A stretch of 64,000 nt of DNA, taken from the NCBI RefSeq assembly GCF_009914755.1, contig NC_060933.1; one strand, written 5' to 3'. Made by a program: the position numbers and the translations under genes. Positions 50,456-64,000 of the stretch are shown piece by piece. The notes beneath the pieces were generated by a model. It did no database searches. It saw only the letters and a program-made list of their open reading frames with translations, and had not been told where the DNA came from. Every line of letters starts with the position of its first letter. Position 1 is the stretch's first letter. The stretch comes from the human T2T-CHM13v2.0 reference genome, Homo sapiens.

Positions 50456-50714
50456 TTGTTACGAGTCTCTTGCCAGTTTTTTTACATTGCAAACATTTTC
50501 TCCAGCTTTTCTTCCCTCTAAGCTGTGTCGAGACACCTGAGAAATGGGGTGTTAGGGGAGAAATTAATGACAGTGAGGATTGGTCTTGATGTGGTAGGCA
50601 CATGGGGTGGGATGGAAACACCACTAGGTGTGAAGGGCCCAGTGAGGACCAGTTTCCATATACAGTTAAAAGGCAATAAATAATTGAACTAAGGCAGCAA
50701 TGCTGAAAAATAAT

Positions 50715-50834
50715 ATGTTGGCCTAGATAATACCTAAACAATACCTACATGTTGACCTCAACAATACCAAATTGCATGTTGGCCTAGACAATATCTAAAC
50801 AATACCTATATATGTTGACCTAAACAATACCAAA
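50715..50834. repeat. ~61-bp tandem duplication built from ctaaacaatac-like sub-units
   Basis: atgttggcctaga at 50715 and 50776; atgttgacct..acaataccaaa in both copies. Confidence 0.93.
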
Positions 50835-52788
50835 GCATTTGTATATACTTTATATCAATTTAATATCGCTACAAAAGTACAGGCAGGGTAGACATTGTTT
50901 TCCTTATTTTTCACAGACCAACCAAAGATGCTGAGATGTCAAACAATTTTTTTAGGAATAGAGAAGAAGAGAAAAGTGAGCTGTTCTACTTGCCTACTCA
51001 AACTTAAAGTAGGAGGATTTGACGGGGACTAGAGGAAAAGCACTCCGGTGAAATCCTGGATGGATGCTTGAATGAAGCTGCAGCATCTTTACTTACAGAT
51101 ATGGCCGACGAGAAGAGAAACAGCAGGGCGAACAGGGAACAACAGATTTTGAGCACTTGCTGTGAGCTTGGCCCTGTGCTAGGTACTTTCTTTCCACACA
51201 GCTCGTGGGGTCATGGTCTGTTCCCATCCCACGTATGAGACCTCTGAGGTTGTGACTGGTTCTAAATGTTCTGCCTTTTTCACTGAACAATTAAGTCTAG
51301 ATGTTTTGAAGATCATCTGATGGTCCCAGGTCATCACTATAATTTTTTTCTGTGTCTATATCTATGTCTGAACATGCCCCACTCAGAAAGGAGTTCACTT
51401 GGAATGAGATAAAATACAGGAATCTAAGCCTTTGAAAGGTTCATCGTCTGGCAAGGCCATTTCTTAGCACTTCTCTCAAAGCTGCCTGGGTGGAAGGCAG
51501 ACTCCCCTCTCGGTTGCAGAAACAAGTGGCTTTGAAGGCAGCTGCGTGTGAATTATACAACTGGATAATTAGAACCATAGGGAAAACTTTGATTCTTTAT
51601 TTGTGAAGTTCCTATAGGGCATGATATTATGCAAAACTTGTCTTAAAGATTGAATGCAAATCCACAGGGAGGATCCCTTTCTTTCTGCAAAAAAGAAAAT
51701 GTGCAGAAATCAAGAACCATGTGAGGGTGAAATGGAAAACTTTTCAATGAAGAAGGAATCATTGCTGGGTGAGAGCGCTTTGGGTAAGAATTTGCCAGAG
51801 AGAAGGAGAATGATTCGGGGGGCTAATGAGGGACACTAAAATGTAATTCTTGAAAAATAATCATTACTTAGGCAAGCCTTTAGTTTTGAACCCACTTCAG
51901 TCACTAGCTCACGGGCAGCAGGATGAGCCACATGCCTCAACAGAGTTCACGTTTCCTGAGAGTGGAGGGGAAAGCTGATCAATGGAACTTGTTGTTATTG
52001 CAATTCCTCCTTCCCATCCCTGTCACCATACACTTGTGCTGTGTAATTTTTATAACACAGTCTCACGAAAGGGATGAAAACACATTCATACTAAAGTATA
52101 AATGACTAATAAAATGTCTATCCCTTGGCATAGCTCATATTAGGAACAGAGATTAAAGCCCGAGCTGAATCCAATTCAGTACTGGACTAGAGAATTTACT
52201 ATGCACAAGATTTGAGCTAGGGTTTATGGAGGAATGCTAAGATATACAAATTGAGGTTCCCATTTCCTAGGATTCCACGGGGTGGTAATGGGTGACGGTA
52301 GTAGTAAGTATAAATTACTCCATCCAGATAGAATATGTAAAGTTGGAACGAAGTGCAGTGAGCAATCTGAGGGGCAAATTAATTCTAACTGGGAGGATGG
52401 CTACTTTGCAAGTTTAGCCAGGAGAAAGTGCCCAGCTAGTTAGGTGAGGGATTGAAACAACCCCTAGGGGGATCCTGTGCCTGACTGTGGGGTCTGGGGT
52501 GAAACAGATAAACAGGTAAACAAGTCTGTCTTACTTTCTGGATCCCTTCTCATTGCCCACAGAGTGTGAATACATTTTCTTAGAGATTTCTTTCCCTTCA
52601 CTTAAGAGAATGGTTGAAGGACAGAGTCGCAGTGAGTTGAGGGGTATGGGATGGGAAGAAGCTGAACTGTGGTGGCAAGCATGCCCTGGTTGTGCTCAGA
52701 TAGTAACAATTCTCTTGCTTCTTCCCAAGTGGAACTGGGGGTCGATGTACACCAGAGTCAGATTGTTAGGTGGCTGAGGAGCAAAGGA

Positions 52789-53158
52789 CAGCCTCCAGCT
52801 CAGGCTGCACATCAGAATCCCCAGGTGAGCTTCTTGATCTGCCAGTGGCCAAGCCCTGTCCCAGGTCAATGAAATCGAAAAGCTCTCCAGGTGACCCTAA
52901 TATTCAGCAGTGCACAGTGGTCCTCAAAGTGTGGCCCTCCATCAACAGCATTGGCATCACCTGAAACTTGTTAGCAGTGTCAATGATCAGCCCCCCTCCA
53001 GACCTACTGACTCAGAAGACCCAGTCATGGGGGCCATGCACATGGGGGCCACCCTTACACAGGGGCTCTCATCAAGGGATGGAGACCATCAATCTGTGTT
53101 TTAACAAGCCCTCCCAACCTCCAGAGGTTTCCTGCCTGCCAAAGTTGGTGAACCTCTG
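52789..53158. mobile_element. Adjacent MER5B and MER5A MITEs
   Basis: ggctgcacatcagaatccccagg...aagctctccaggtga; then cagtggtcctcaaagtgtgg...ccagacctactgactcagaa...aatctgtgttttaacaagccctcc. Confidence 0.8.
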
Positions 53159-53535
53159 GTATGATGTAAAGACTTCCCAGTGGGGATGCAGAAGACCTGA
53201 GTTCAAATCCCTGATTCTGACTCCTTGGCAAGTCAGTTAATATCTGTAAGCTCCCAGTAAAAAGGGCCTTTATTTATTAATCAAGCTTTCCTTGAGTGCC
53301 TGTCAGGTCATTGGTCTATGAAGATGAGTTTAACATAATTCCTGCCTTCAAGGATCACATACCTCCTTCTTGGAACCCATCTATATGGTTTTCAACTGTG
53401 GTGTTTAAAAAGTACACCTTTCCACTTGTGCCACGATGCAGAATTTTAGCTCTGATTGCTAATAAAAACAAGATTGGGCTGAAATGATCCAAGATACAAT
53501 CGAGGGTCCCAGGGTCATCTTCTCTAGCCCTGTCT

Positions 53536-53670
53536 CAGGGTGACTCAGAGGTGAATCATAATTTGTGATGACTCACATTTACGTGGCTCTGCAGAGAAAA
53601 GTAGAGCAGGTGAGCTTTATAGTTCCTTATTTACAGTCATTCCATGACTGAGGCAGACATGGAATGACCC
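53536..53670. promoter_or_regulatory. Candidate AP-1/TEAD enhancer
   Basis: TGACTCA 53541 and 53569, TGAATCA 53552, ACGTG 53581, CATTCC 53638, GGAATG 53661; motif evidence only. Confidence 0.45.
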
Positions 53671-53838
53671 ATCTTTTCACTACTCTAGAGCCATCTAGAG
53701 TCTCTAGAGTTGTCTAGAATTATTTGTCCTTGGCTTTTCAAGGTTGAATTACATCTTTCTATCAAGGAGGAACTAAGGGTTGCCCTGTAGGATATGATCC
53801 TGGTCTTCATTCTTCTTCAGTTGTTATGTCTAGGAGCA

Positions 53839-54305
53839 TGTCATGGGTTGAATTGTGTCTACTCCAGAAATATATGTTGAAGTCCTAACCCCTAGTTCCA
53901 GTGAGTGTGACCTCATTTAAAAATAGGGTCTTTGCAGATACAGCTGGGTTCAGATGAGGTCATTGGGATGGGTCTTAACCTACAGTGACTGATGTCCTTA
54001 GAAGAAGAGAAAACTTGGACACAGAGACACACAGAGAGGGAAGGCCATATAGAGACAAATGGGGTGAAGGCGGCCATGTGACAACAGAGGTGGAGAGTGA
54101 AGTTATGCTGCCAGGAGCCAAAGAAAGTCCAGGGCTGGAAGAGGCAAGGAAGGATACTCTCCTAGAGGCTTTGGAAGGAGCATGGTTTTGCTGACACCTT
54201 GGTTTCAGACTTCTGGCCTCTAGAACTGTAATATAATGAATTTCTCTTGTTTTAAGCCACACAGTTTGTGTTATCTTGTTAAGGGAGCCCTAGGAAACCA
54301 CCACA
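53839..54305 (+). mobile_element. MLT1C-like MaLR LTR
   Basis: tgtcatgggttgaattgtgtc...atagggtctttgcagat...gaggcaaggaaggat...cagacttctggcctctagaactg...gccctaggaaac. Confidence 0.92.
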
Positions 54306-56232
54306 AGTTGCCTGTTAGCTATTGTTCAGAAGTCTTATGGTGGAACTCGGTTGGGAATACAATACATGGCTGGACAATATATTGAGGCCTTCCGTAAACA
54401 TCACTGACCTCTAGCAACTACTTTAGCTAATGCTATTCTTTGAGTATTGGAAAACACTCTCATGACATAATTGTCAGAAGCCCCTGTGCCCCACAAAATT
54501 TTCTTTATCCATGGCCTACATGAGAGATTCATCCCTTTGAGTTGAAGAAAGTTTATGCCTTAACTCCCTTTTCAAATAGAAAAGATGCCTGAAGGGGAAA
54601 GCTCATTTAAGAGTGAGTATCTCATTCTTTGATTACTATGGGAAGAAAGTAGAGAAAGTGCCTCTGAAAAAAAAGGCGGTTCCCAGGAGCTTGATGGGTG
54701 ACCTGGAAGTCAAACTCTACCAGTTCAGGATTTGCTCCTCTTGTCCTGGGCTAGTTTTGAAAATTTTAGTAGGAACTTCAGCTATGTTTTGATAATCTAA
54801 TTATTATAGAAATCCAAGAAATTGATAATGGATACTTGGCAAAATAGAGAAGGAAAGCAGCAGCTGTAGGTTATCATGATACTCTTAACTTTACCTTACT
54901 AGTATATTTCTTTCCTTTATGTATGTGTGAAAAATAATTCTTTTCTTCCCCATTCAAAAAGAGATCCAGAAGAAATATTTAATTGCTGGTGAGATTGTGT
55001 TTAGAGTTTAGAAATAGAACCCCGAAGTTCTTGAAGGTGGGGGAGCACAGACATTTCCTATGGAGTTGGCTTAAAATTGTATGTGTTAAGATTCTTTCAA
55101 GGATCAAGAAAAATTTGTATAAAGATAAAAGCAACCAAGTTGGCAGAGATGTGAAGAAGCTTGCCTCTCAAAGGGATTCTGAGGCGGTTGAACCTAAAGA
55201 ATTGCTCTTTCATCTCTTCCTGAAGGGAGTTCCTGACAGCAGACTCTTGACTTAAATCAAGTGTTTCCAAATATTTCCTGAGTCCTGCTTTTATTTATAT
55301 TTTTAATCAGCAACTATAACTAGATATCACCCAAATTCAACTCTAGAAATAAATTCCATGCAGTTGAGTTCAGATCTATTGACTTGCTCCATCAGAGAGA
55401 CAGAGAGAGAGAGAAAAGTCAGGAGTTTTATATACATATATTTGGAATTGAGATCCTTTATGCAAAATAGCTCGTGATTAGGCCATTAGTCTCTACAGAG
55501 TTACTTTATTAATGCACATCAGTCAGTTTTCAGGAAGGTACGTTTCAGTTCAAAAGAAAAATTAAGAAATAGTACAGCATTAAGGTGGAGAAAAATAAAA
55601 TCTAAGAAAAAAATTCAGCATGAAATTAAAGGAGAGCCTGACTATGATCCCATTTCCCCATCTGAGCCCAGAAGATAAAAACTGTAATAAATTCATTCAT
55701 CTACACCCACTTTAAATATTGGAGCAGATCAGCAGTTTCACTGATGTACAGCCAGACTTTGAAGTCTATCTGAGCTCTCTGGAATTCAACCAGCCACTTT
55801 CCAGACCATGTAATGTATTGCAGATCTTTCCACATTATGCATTCCAGATGGCCACAGTAATTCTTTGTGCATTTTCTCCTTTCTTATTTGGGTTACTGGG
55901 GTAATTTGGGAATAAAGAGTGTATGCTACAAAGTGAAAATTGACATACAGTTACTCCGTTGTGCTGCTCAGATGACAATGATGGATATTAAAGAAACTGA
56001 AAGAGTTAAATACATATATAGAGAGAGAGAGTGCAAGGGGGTGGGGAGAAAGAATGAGGAGGGAGTTTTCCCAAGGAGTTCTTTTTGCTGCTTGCTAAAG
56101 GAGGGAGCTGTGGCTGTGCTGGAAGCACTACGATTGCTTCATAACTGTTTTGTGGGAGTGCAGAGGAATTATCAGCTCTCCTCCCCCGCCTCAGCTCCCT
56201 AAGCCAACAGGCCATCACCTTCACCTTGAAGC

Positions 56233-56356
56233 CAGGTGATCATACAACTTATCTACAAAACCAGGGTACTTCTGAGTGTGAAGGGGGTGCTATTAAGAAT
56301 TACACCTGGGCAATGGGCCTAAACCCCATTCACAAATCAGGGCATGTGTTTACCCC
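56233..56356 (-). mobile_element. MER94 (hAT-Blackjack)
   Basis: aggtgatcatacaacttatc...aaaccagggtacttctgagtgtgaagggggtgctattaagaattacacc matches reverse-complemented MER94. Confidence 0.75.
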
Positions 56357-56851
56357 ACCTCGCAGAGTGGCTCTCCAGGAGGATGCTGAGCTGTTTAAAT
56401 GCTAGTTGTATTTAATTCAGCACTTGCTCAGGGTGAAGAGGCTGCCAAGTGGCTGTTGACCCCCGTGTTTGTGGCGACTGGACTCTCCAGGTCCCCACAC
56501 AAAGTCAACACGTGCAGTTAATAGGCAAAAAGCGTTTGGTCACCAGACGGGCTGTTTCACCTCTGCGGCACTCACCCTCACTTGGGCCAGCTTGCCCTGA
56601 GCTGATTTATGTGGCATCCTAGGGCCCTGACTGAGTGTGCCTTAGGGTTGCTTCATTGTTTCTATTCAGACTGTGAGAGGGATCTGTGAATGAAGTGAAA
56701 TAATGGTATGCAACCCTTTCTAGCCAAGGAGACAGTCTTCTTAAAAAATCATTTTTAAGATTGCCTTTAAATATCTCTACTGCAAATGCAATGTGTGCTT
56801 TCATTGCCATTGTTTTTCTACATAAAGCCCCCCTTTGTCGTCCTGCTGTAG

Positions 56852-56950
56852 CAGGCATTCTCAAACTTTGCTATACATCAGAATCACCTGTAAACCTTGC
56901 GAAAGTGAATGCCAGAGCCCCATCCCTGGAGAATCTGATTAAATAGGTCT
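56852..56950. mobile_element. MER5 fragment
   Basis: ttctcaaactttgctatacatcagaatcacctg...ccccatccc...tctgattaaataggtct. Confidence 0.7.
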
Positions 56951-58788
56951 CACAAACATCTGGAAGAAGGGTCCAGCTGGAAGAATCTGCAGGAGATAAA
57001 AATCCTATAGAAATCAAGCCCTCTGCAATTGTTTTTCTCGTAAAATTCTTCTTCATGTCCATGAAAACACAGTCCTGGAAACCCAGCCAGCCTTCCAGAT
57101 TCAATGTAGGGAATGACTCCTCTTCCAAAATCATCTGAAAGCGATGACTCTCATCTGGTGAAGAAAGATGGATTTTATTTTCTGAGACACCAAACAAACT
57201 ATTGCAAGCATCTCGCTGTTTTTCCAAGCTGTTCTCATTTGCTGGCCCTGGTGGTGAGGGCTATGCACACAAGGGCAGTTTTCTTTGCAATGAGGCAGGA
57301 AGCTGAGGAGCGTGTTCTTCCAGGGGAGCTGCAGCTTGTGTTTCACGGACGTAAAGGGCTCCCAGATTTGGAGGCAACAACTGGAATTTCAGACTTGGAG
57401 CCAAACGCCCAAATATTCTAGGGTTGCACAACAGGAAAAAAAAAAACATGTGTATCTGTGTCTGTGTTTTTGTGCCCAAAGACATGGACAGATAAATCTC
57501 ACAGAAAAACTTTATTTTTTCTCAAACACTCAGGAAAATTGGCCCTTCGTTTATTTGCACAAAGACCGCTGTGTGATTCAGATGCACACCCAGTTCAGGA
57601 ATACTCATTGCCATGTAAAATGTAGGCTGTTATGAATATTCTTTTTCCCCTGACTGTGACAATATTACATGTTTATTTTTAAACACTTGAAAAAAAACAG
57701 AAAAGGGTAACAAGAAAAGCAAACCACCTAAAACCATGCCTGTCAGAGATAACAAATGTGAATATTTTAGAGTATTGCCTGCTGAGTTTTATATTTTCAT
57801 AGTACATGTGTCATCGTATGGAAATTTTAATTAGTATGCTGTTTGATCAAGTTTTCACTTAGTGTATTTTGAGACTTGCTCCATATTGTTAAATATTATT
57901 TACAAGATTTTAGCTTTTTATTTTCTGGCTGCACTAGAAAGACAGATTGAAAAAACAACTCTGTCTACTATCTAACCAGTAGTTTGTTTCCTTTTTAAAG
58001 TATTTATATGTTGCGGCTGCAATTAATTGCCTTCAAATAAAAACTTCTATTTAACATAACTGATGTATTGAAGGTCTTGTTGCATACTGCTGACTTGAAA
58101 CCTGGGCATTTTAACTCCATCCATGCATGGCCATTGTTGAGGCCGGCCTCTGTGAGGTCAAGCACTTAGAGTAGGAAGTTTGTATTCTGTACATGGACTC
58201 CACAAAACCCCATGAAATTCCCCTGCCAAAGTTGAGAACTCATTAATTTCTGCCAGCTTTTCTGAACATGGTTACTTTTGGAGATTTGCTATAATGGCAG
58301 GAGTTGTGAATTCCAGCATTTGAAGAATGGGGTTGGGATATTTCTTGGTCTCTTCATAGCTGTCGCCATCGCTACCCGTGTTCCTTTTGGGGAGCAGCAG
58401 AGACAGCAGGCGCCTTGTTGGAATCAGAACCTGGACAGAAAAGCTTTTTTTTCCCCACTGGTCAGGAACTACTACTTATGCACACTTTCCTGGCTCTCAC
58501 TACGGCGACATCAGCTGCTCCTTCAGCACACTCACCTGCTATTGAGCCCTTCGCACCTCCTGTTTCCCCACCAGGCTCTTTTCTCTCCCCTGACCACTCT
58601 CTTTTATCAGCTCCATCCCCTCCTATCCTCTGAACTTCTACTTGTTCTTCATGTCGCAGCTTAAGCAAGGTCAAAGCCAACTAAATGAAGGCAACTCAGG
58701 CCTTGATCTGCGAAGACCTCCCCATCCTCAGCAATGCTGTGGATAGTCAGATACTTTAAGGTTTTCCAAACTTGATGGGTAAAGATGA

Positions 58789-59154
<366 letters not shown>

Positions 59155-61032
59155 TAAATACTTCTTAACAGCAGACTGTCCAGGGGAGACCATCCCCAGG
59201 GGACACTTGGTAGATGTGTATAGAACTGGGTCTTCATAGTCTATGAAAATGGAGTTATCGGGTGCTAAAATTGCTTTGCATGTGAAAAGGAGAAAGGTAT
59301 TTATATGAAGGAGGCAGGGAAGCATTTCTGTACACTTCTTTTATTTTAGGCTTTTTTGGAAAGGTAACAGGATTGCCAAGATGTCTATGTCCCACTTTGA
59401 CTTTGGAGCTGGGTCAGGCCTTCATCTTAGTGGAGAGAGACCAGAAACTGAAAAGCTGCTTTCATGGGAGATTTTGTGGGGCTCTGGGCACAATCAAAAT
59501 TATTTGGAGCCCAGAAGGACAATACTCAGCATCTCTGTGATACCCCAAAGATCGGCAGCTTTTATTTTCCATGCTATATTCTGCCTGTCTGGTTTTTGCA
59601 GGTAGGTAGGGAAATAATTGGCCTTTTGGTATTTATTGATATCAAGCAACATTATCAAATTTTCCTGTTAGTTCCAGTGATGTTTTAGCTAATTCTCTTG
59701 GATATTTAGGTAAATAATCAAAGCACCTGGAATAAATAATTTTCCTTCTTCTTTCTTGTGGTTGTGCTTTTTACTCTTATTTTACGCCTTTTCACAATGA
59801 GAGAACCCACATTACTGCCAAATTGGGTGGAGTAATTAAAATGCTGTTGAGCTTCTGAGCAGCTGTGGAAATGATGGATTTGAGAGCAGAGAGGTAGGAG
59901 GCTGGAGACAGAGCAAGCAGCTAAGAAACCACTGTAACATTTCAGGAGAAAAACAATGATGTCCTAAGATAATGGATACAAATTTGAAAACAAAAAATTA
60001 TGTATAGACACATCCATCCAACCATCCATCCATCTATCTATTCATGCATACATATGCCTATATTTTAGAGGCCATATTGAGTGTTTTTGCTGATGTGTAA
60101 GTCAACAAAAATAACTCTCAGGTCCCCAGCCTGAAGCTTGGTGGTCTAATTAATTACTAGCAAAGAAACATTTTAATAGACAATGAAATCATTCATTTAT
60201 CTGTAAAGGAATGATGGGAAGTATTTTCATTAAAATGTCCAATATGCAAACACATTTAATACTGTGGATTTAAGAGAAATTCGCTGTTATTTTGATTTTT
60301 TATATTCCTTTGCGGTCTGAAATGTACTCTAGCCACACCCCACACTCAGTTAGCACGTGTACAGTGCTCTTCCAGCCTCCAGAGCCACTTTATAGGAGTG
60401 TGATCTCATTTGGGTCCCACAGCAACACTGCAATATGTGTAATGATAGAAAATAGCATCGGTAGACATCTTCCAAGTGCAAAACACTTTCCCTTGATGGG
60501 GACTTTGAAGCTCACATATGCATACCTTGCTGGTTGCTGGTGATTTATGGTTCAGCACAAATGCACCTCTTGAAGTTCTCTGCACATAATATACATGATG
60601 CTCCATGCTCCTATGCTTTTGCAGCTCTGACTCCCTGCATTGAAAATGCTTTTCCCTGCCCTGTCCAGTTGCTGGGTCCTTGTGCCATTCAGGAAGGACC
60701 TTGGCCCTTTTCCCCAGGGGAATGATGGTGGGGAGTGAATAGGAAAGGCACGCACAGGCAGCAACAATCCTTGGGAGGGAAGGCCTGGCTGGTGACCACT
60801 GCAGGGCAAGTGTGGTCAGGACACAGTCTGCTAAAGGTGGCACAAGCTTGGTCCTGCCACTGTCTCTGCTGTCCATGGAGAGAACAATGGCAGCCCGGCA
60901 ATGCCAGTCCTACATCTGAACTCTGAGACATCCTCCTTCCACAGCTCTGCTCATTGGTCAGCTCACTCCCATCACCAAGGAAAACAATACTGGACACTGA
61001 TCTCATGTCCCTGCCCCACTAGAGTGTCATCA

Positions 61033-61075
61033 ATGTGTGTGTGTATGTGCGTATGCGCGTGTGTACACATGTGTG
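61033..61075. repeat. 43-bp uninterrupted purine-pyrimidine alternation
   Basis: atgtgtgtgtgtatgtgcgtatgcgcgtgtgtacacatgtgtg. Confidence 0.9.
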
Positions 61076-61324
61076 AAACCCACTTCTCAAAGGAGAAAGG
61101 AAGAGAAAGGAAGTTTGTTTGTTTTATAAAGGAAAATAAAGCAATGGAACAGAATTGCTCAGAGGTCCAGTTGTAATTAGTTACAACTCTTGTTCCCATG
61201 TCATTTCCACCAGGAAGCCTCACTCTGGCCCGGCCCCTACCCTGGGCTCAGTGCACCCACCCACCTGAGTGCTTATGCTGCCCCTGCACGTATCCATATT
61301 TTGGCACATGTAGTAAACAGCACT

Positions 61325-61700
61325 CTCCTGGTGACAAATGACAGACTACCAATTCAAATTAGTTTAAGGAAAAATAAAAGGAGATGGGGCATTTATTGAA
61401 CCAAATACTCAAATGCAGAAAGGGTTGGGGTGGAGCTGGCCCTGGGGTGGCCTTGTCCTGGGACTTGGTGCTGTCAGGAGTCAATGTCTCTGCCTCATCG
61501 TTAAGTGGAGTTGGCCTCACTCTTTCCTGCCATAGCTGGCCTCCATGGCCCAGAGGGTGAGCAGAGAGGGGAGTTTACCCCGCCAGCTTCAGTTTGCACA
61601 ATCCTGAAGAAAGTTGTGGTTTTTCCAGGTGGGATAATAGGTTTATTCTCACACAGATTGTTGGGGTTAGAGGGATGATGCGGATTGATTCCTAAGGCCA
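61325..61700 (-). mobile_element. Old MLT1 (K/L-like) LTR
   Basis: ggtgacaaatgacaga...caattcaaattagtttaagg...atttattga...gttggcctcactct. Confidence 0.6.
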
Positions 61701-63207
61701 AGGACTTGGTCTGTCTTTAGAAGTGCAGTGGGAGGCATAGACATGGTGAATGGAGAAGTCTCATGGCCTGGGAAAGTCTTCCCATTCATGCCTTTTGGGA
61801 GTTAATGATCCCTCTGTACTGTCACTATTCTGACTTCTCTGTCCCCTCACTCATCCACAGCCCCTCAAGGATAAGGATGTGTCTGTTTTCCCTTGCGTAC
61901 CTTTGCTTTAGCACAGCTCATGGAATTCAGTAGGTGCTCACTGAGTATTTGAAAAGTGACTATGAATGAGTGGTTGAGCCCATGTGTAACAGTAGGATCC
62001 AAATTAAATCTGGTGCCTGCACAGGGAAGCCTCACCCAGGCATAGCTGCAGCACATGTGTTCTCAGACATGTTTTTACGTGAAGAAGAATTTAGAACCCA
62101 AAAGCTTTGCCCCTCTAGGTGACTTTTTTTTCACTCTTTAGGCTTGGGCCATGTGGCAGTGGGCCTGGAACTCCTGTCACAGATGTGAGTTGTATACTAA
62201 GTTACCTTCAAAATACTTGTGGACCCTGAAGGTTCCAACCCTACCCTGAAGGTTACACCTACTGTTGGATCTTCAAAGTCTCTTCCATGGGTCTTGCCTC
62301 TCCTCACACTGGCTCCCCTCCACGTCAGGATAGAGGCACTGAGTTTGCCCAGAAATGTCCACCTCTCCCGGCTAATATCAAAGATCTCCCATTATGGTTG
62401 GTTTAACTGAGAGAATTATTTTCCTTCATAGCCTTCCTAAATTCTTCATGGCAACATCACAGTCAGAAAATGCTTAAGCACTTTGTTTTCTAACCACCCT
62501 GTTTGCAAATAAAAAGTTAGGTTGACATGACTTTCTCCTGGAACGTTCTTTACATTGCACTTTGCCCATGAGGAATGTTTTGAATCCCAGCAAATTAAGC
62601 ACTTTTCAAACGTGGTGTTTAAAATAATAAAGAACTCTCCCCGGAACATTTAAGCAGGGCTGGAGGCTTTCCTGGCCAACACCTGTGATTTGCCAGCTGT
62701 TGCCATGGAATTTGGCCATGGAGCTCAGTGTACTTTTCCTAACATTCGCTTGGCAGATGTCATTACATTAAGTAATACGTTTAAACTCCTAAAGAGAACC
62801 ATTTCTTTCCCTTATGACTTGCTGGACAGGGAATGAAGTCATTTTCACATCCAGCAGAAAGAGACTTTTGCATTCATCAAAAATGTAATCAGACCCCTTA
62901 AAATATGAGGCTGACTCTGTCCTCAGGCTGCTAAGGCTCCCCAGTTCAGAGCAGACACTATTTTGGAGTTCTGTGGAGGAGATGCCCTTAAAAAAAAAAA
63001 AGAACCCTCACCTGAAAGTTTAGTAGGGTGGTGTAGCTTTGCTGGGGAGCTGTTGCTCTCAGAAGTAAATGAGACTGTTTGAGGAGATGTTTTGCTGACG
63101 CTTGGAAGGCTGTGAGGAAATGTGTCATGGTGGTAATGGAATTATCACTGGCCTGTGCCTTTTTTTCACAAAGTCCTGGGATATTTTACACTGGGTCTCC
63201 ATGATAA

Positions 63208-63585
<378 letters not shown>

Positions 63586-63609
63586 AAATGTACTTTTTAA
63601 AACAATTAT

Positions 63610-64000
63610 TGTCTCCTAAAAAGTGACACATTGATTCATTAGCAATTTTAGATTTAATGAACTTAAGAATTTATAATGGTAAATTCTACTAACTGCTAAA
63701 TTCTGCCCAATTTAGTTTCTATATTAAATGCATTTTCAAGGAAAATTACAAATATTTCTTCCTTTTTAACTTAGCAGATTTATTGTAAAGTTAATCTGGG
63801 AGAATATTTACAAAACCAGTAAAGATTTTGGAAAAGAAAATAATAAGGAAGCACTGGAGTTATCAGATATAAGAAAATAGTGCGAAACTATAGTACTTTG
63901 AAAAGCATGGTATGAAATAGATTACTTACTTGAAGTGTTCAGAAGCCATCTCTGAAAGCTATAGGCATTTAATGTATAACAAAGGTGACATTTCAGGTTA
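63610..64000 (+). mobile_element. Old L1M ORF2 fragment
   Basis: tcagatataag...actatagta...agcatggtatg...gttcagaa...atttaatgtataacaaaggtgacatttca typical of L1M ORF2 3' part. Confidence 0.6.

Noticed and set aside
50715-50834. CRISPR-like repeat-spacer array or p53 response element
   Set aside because: Two adjacent copies without unique spacers in eukaryotic DNA; the CATG cores do not fit RRRCWWGYYY
58278-58664. EGF-end plus transmembrane-like peptide CYNGRSCEF...GVGIFLGLFIAVAIA
   Set aside because: Cys spacing wrong for EGF, hydrophobic run short, weak acceptor, remainder low-complexity; only tBLASTn/PhyloCSF support would revive it

Overview
Primate (most likely human or great ape) genomic DNA, judged from AluY/S/J, L1PA/L1PB and THE1/MST/MLT1 LTRs. 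The window is repeat-rich and looks intergenic or deep intronic. I found no recognisable protein-coding gene, tRNA, rRNA, snRNA or CRISPR array, and I could not identify the locus. Most listed ORFs come from repeats or are of chance length. Repeat subfamily names are from recalled consensus sequences and old-repeat boundaries are approximate. I see no evidence for a new multi-gene system. The most notable observations are: (1) a ~113-bp composite templated insertion in an old L1, containing a perfect 21-bp inverted copy of adjacent DNA plus a 46-bp copy of DNA 2.2 kb away; (2) a compact AP-1/TEAD/HRE motif cluster whose two TEAD sites form a near-perfect hairpin; (3) a twin-primed L1PB with resolvable TSD and junction microhomologies; (4) a GT-rich tract with a 168-bp duplication replacing an Alu 3' end; (5) small tandem duplications that multiply SOX or CCAAT motifs; (6) scattered plus-strand splice signals that may belong to a lncRNA.
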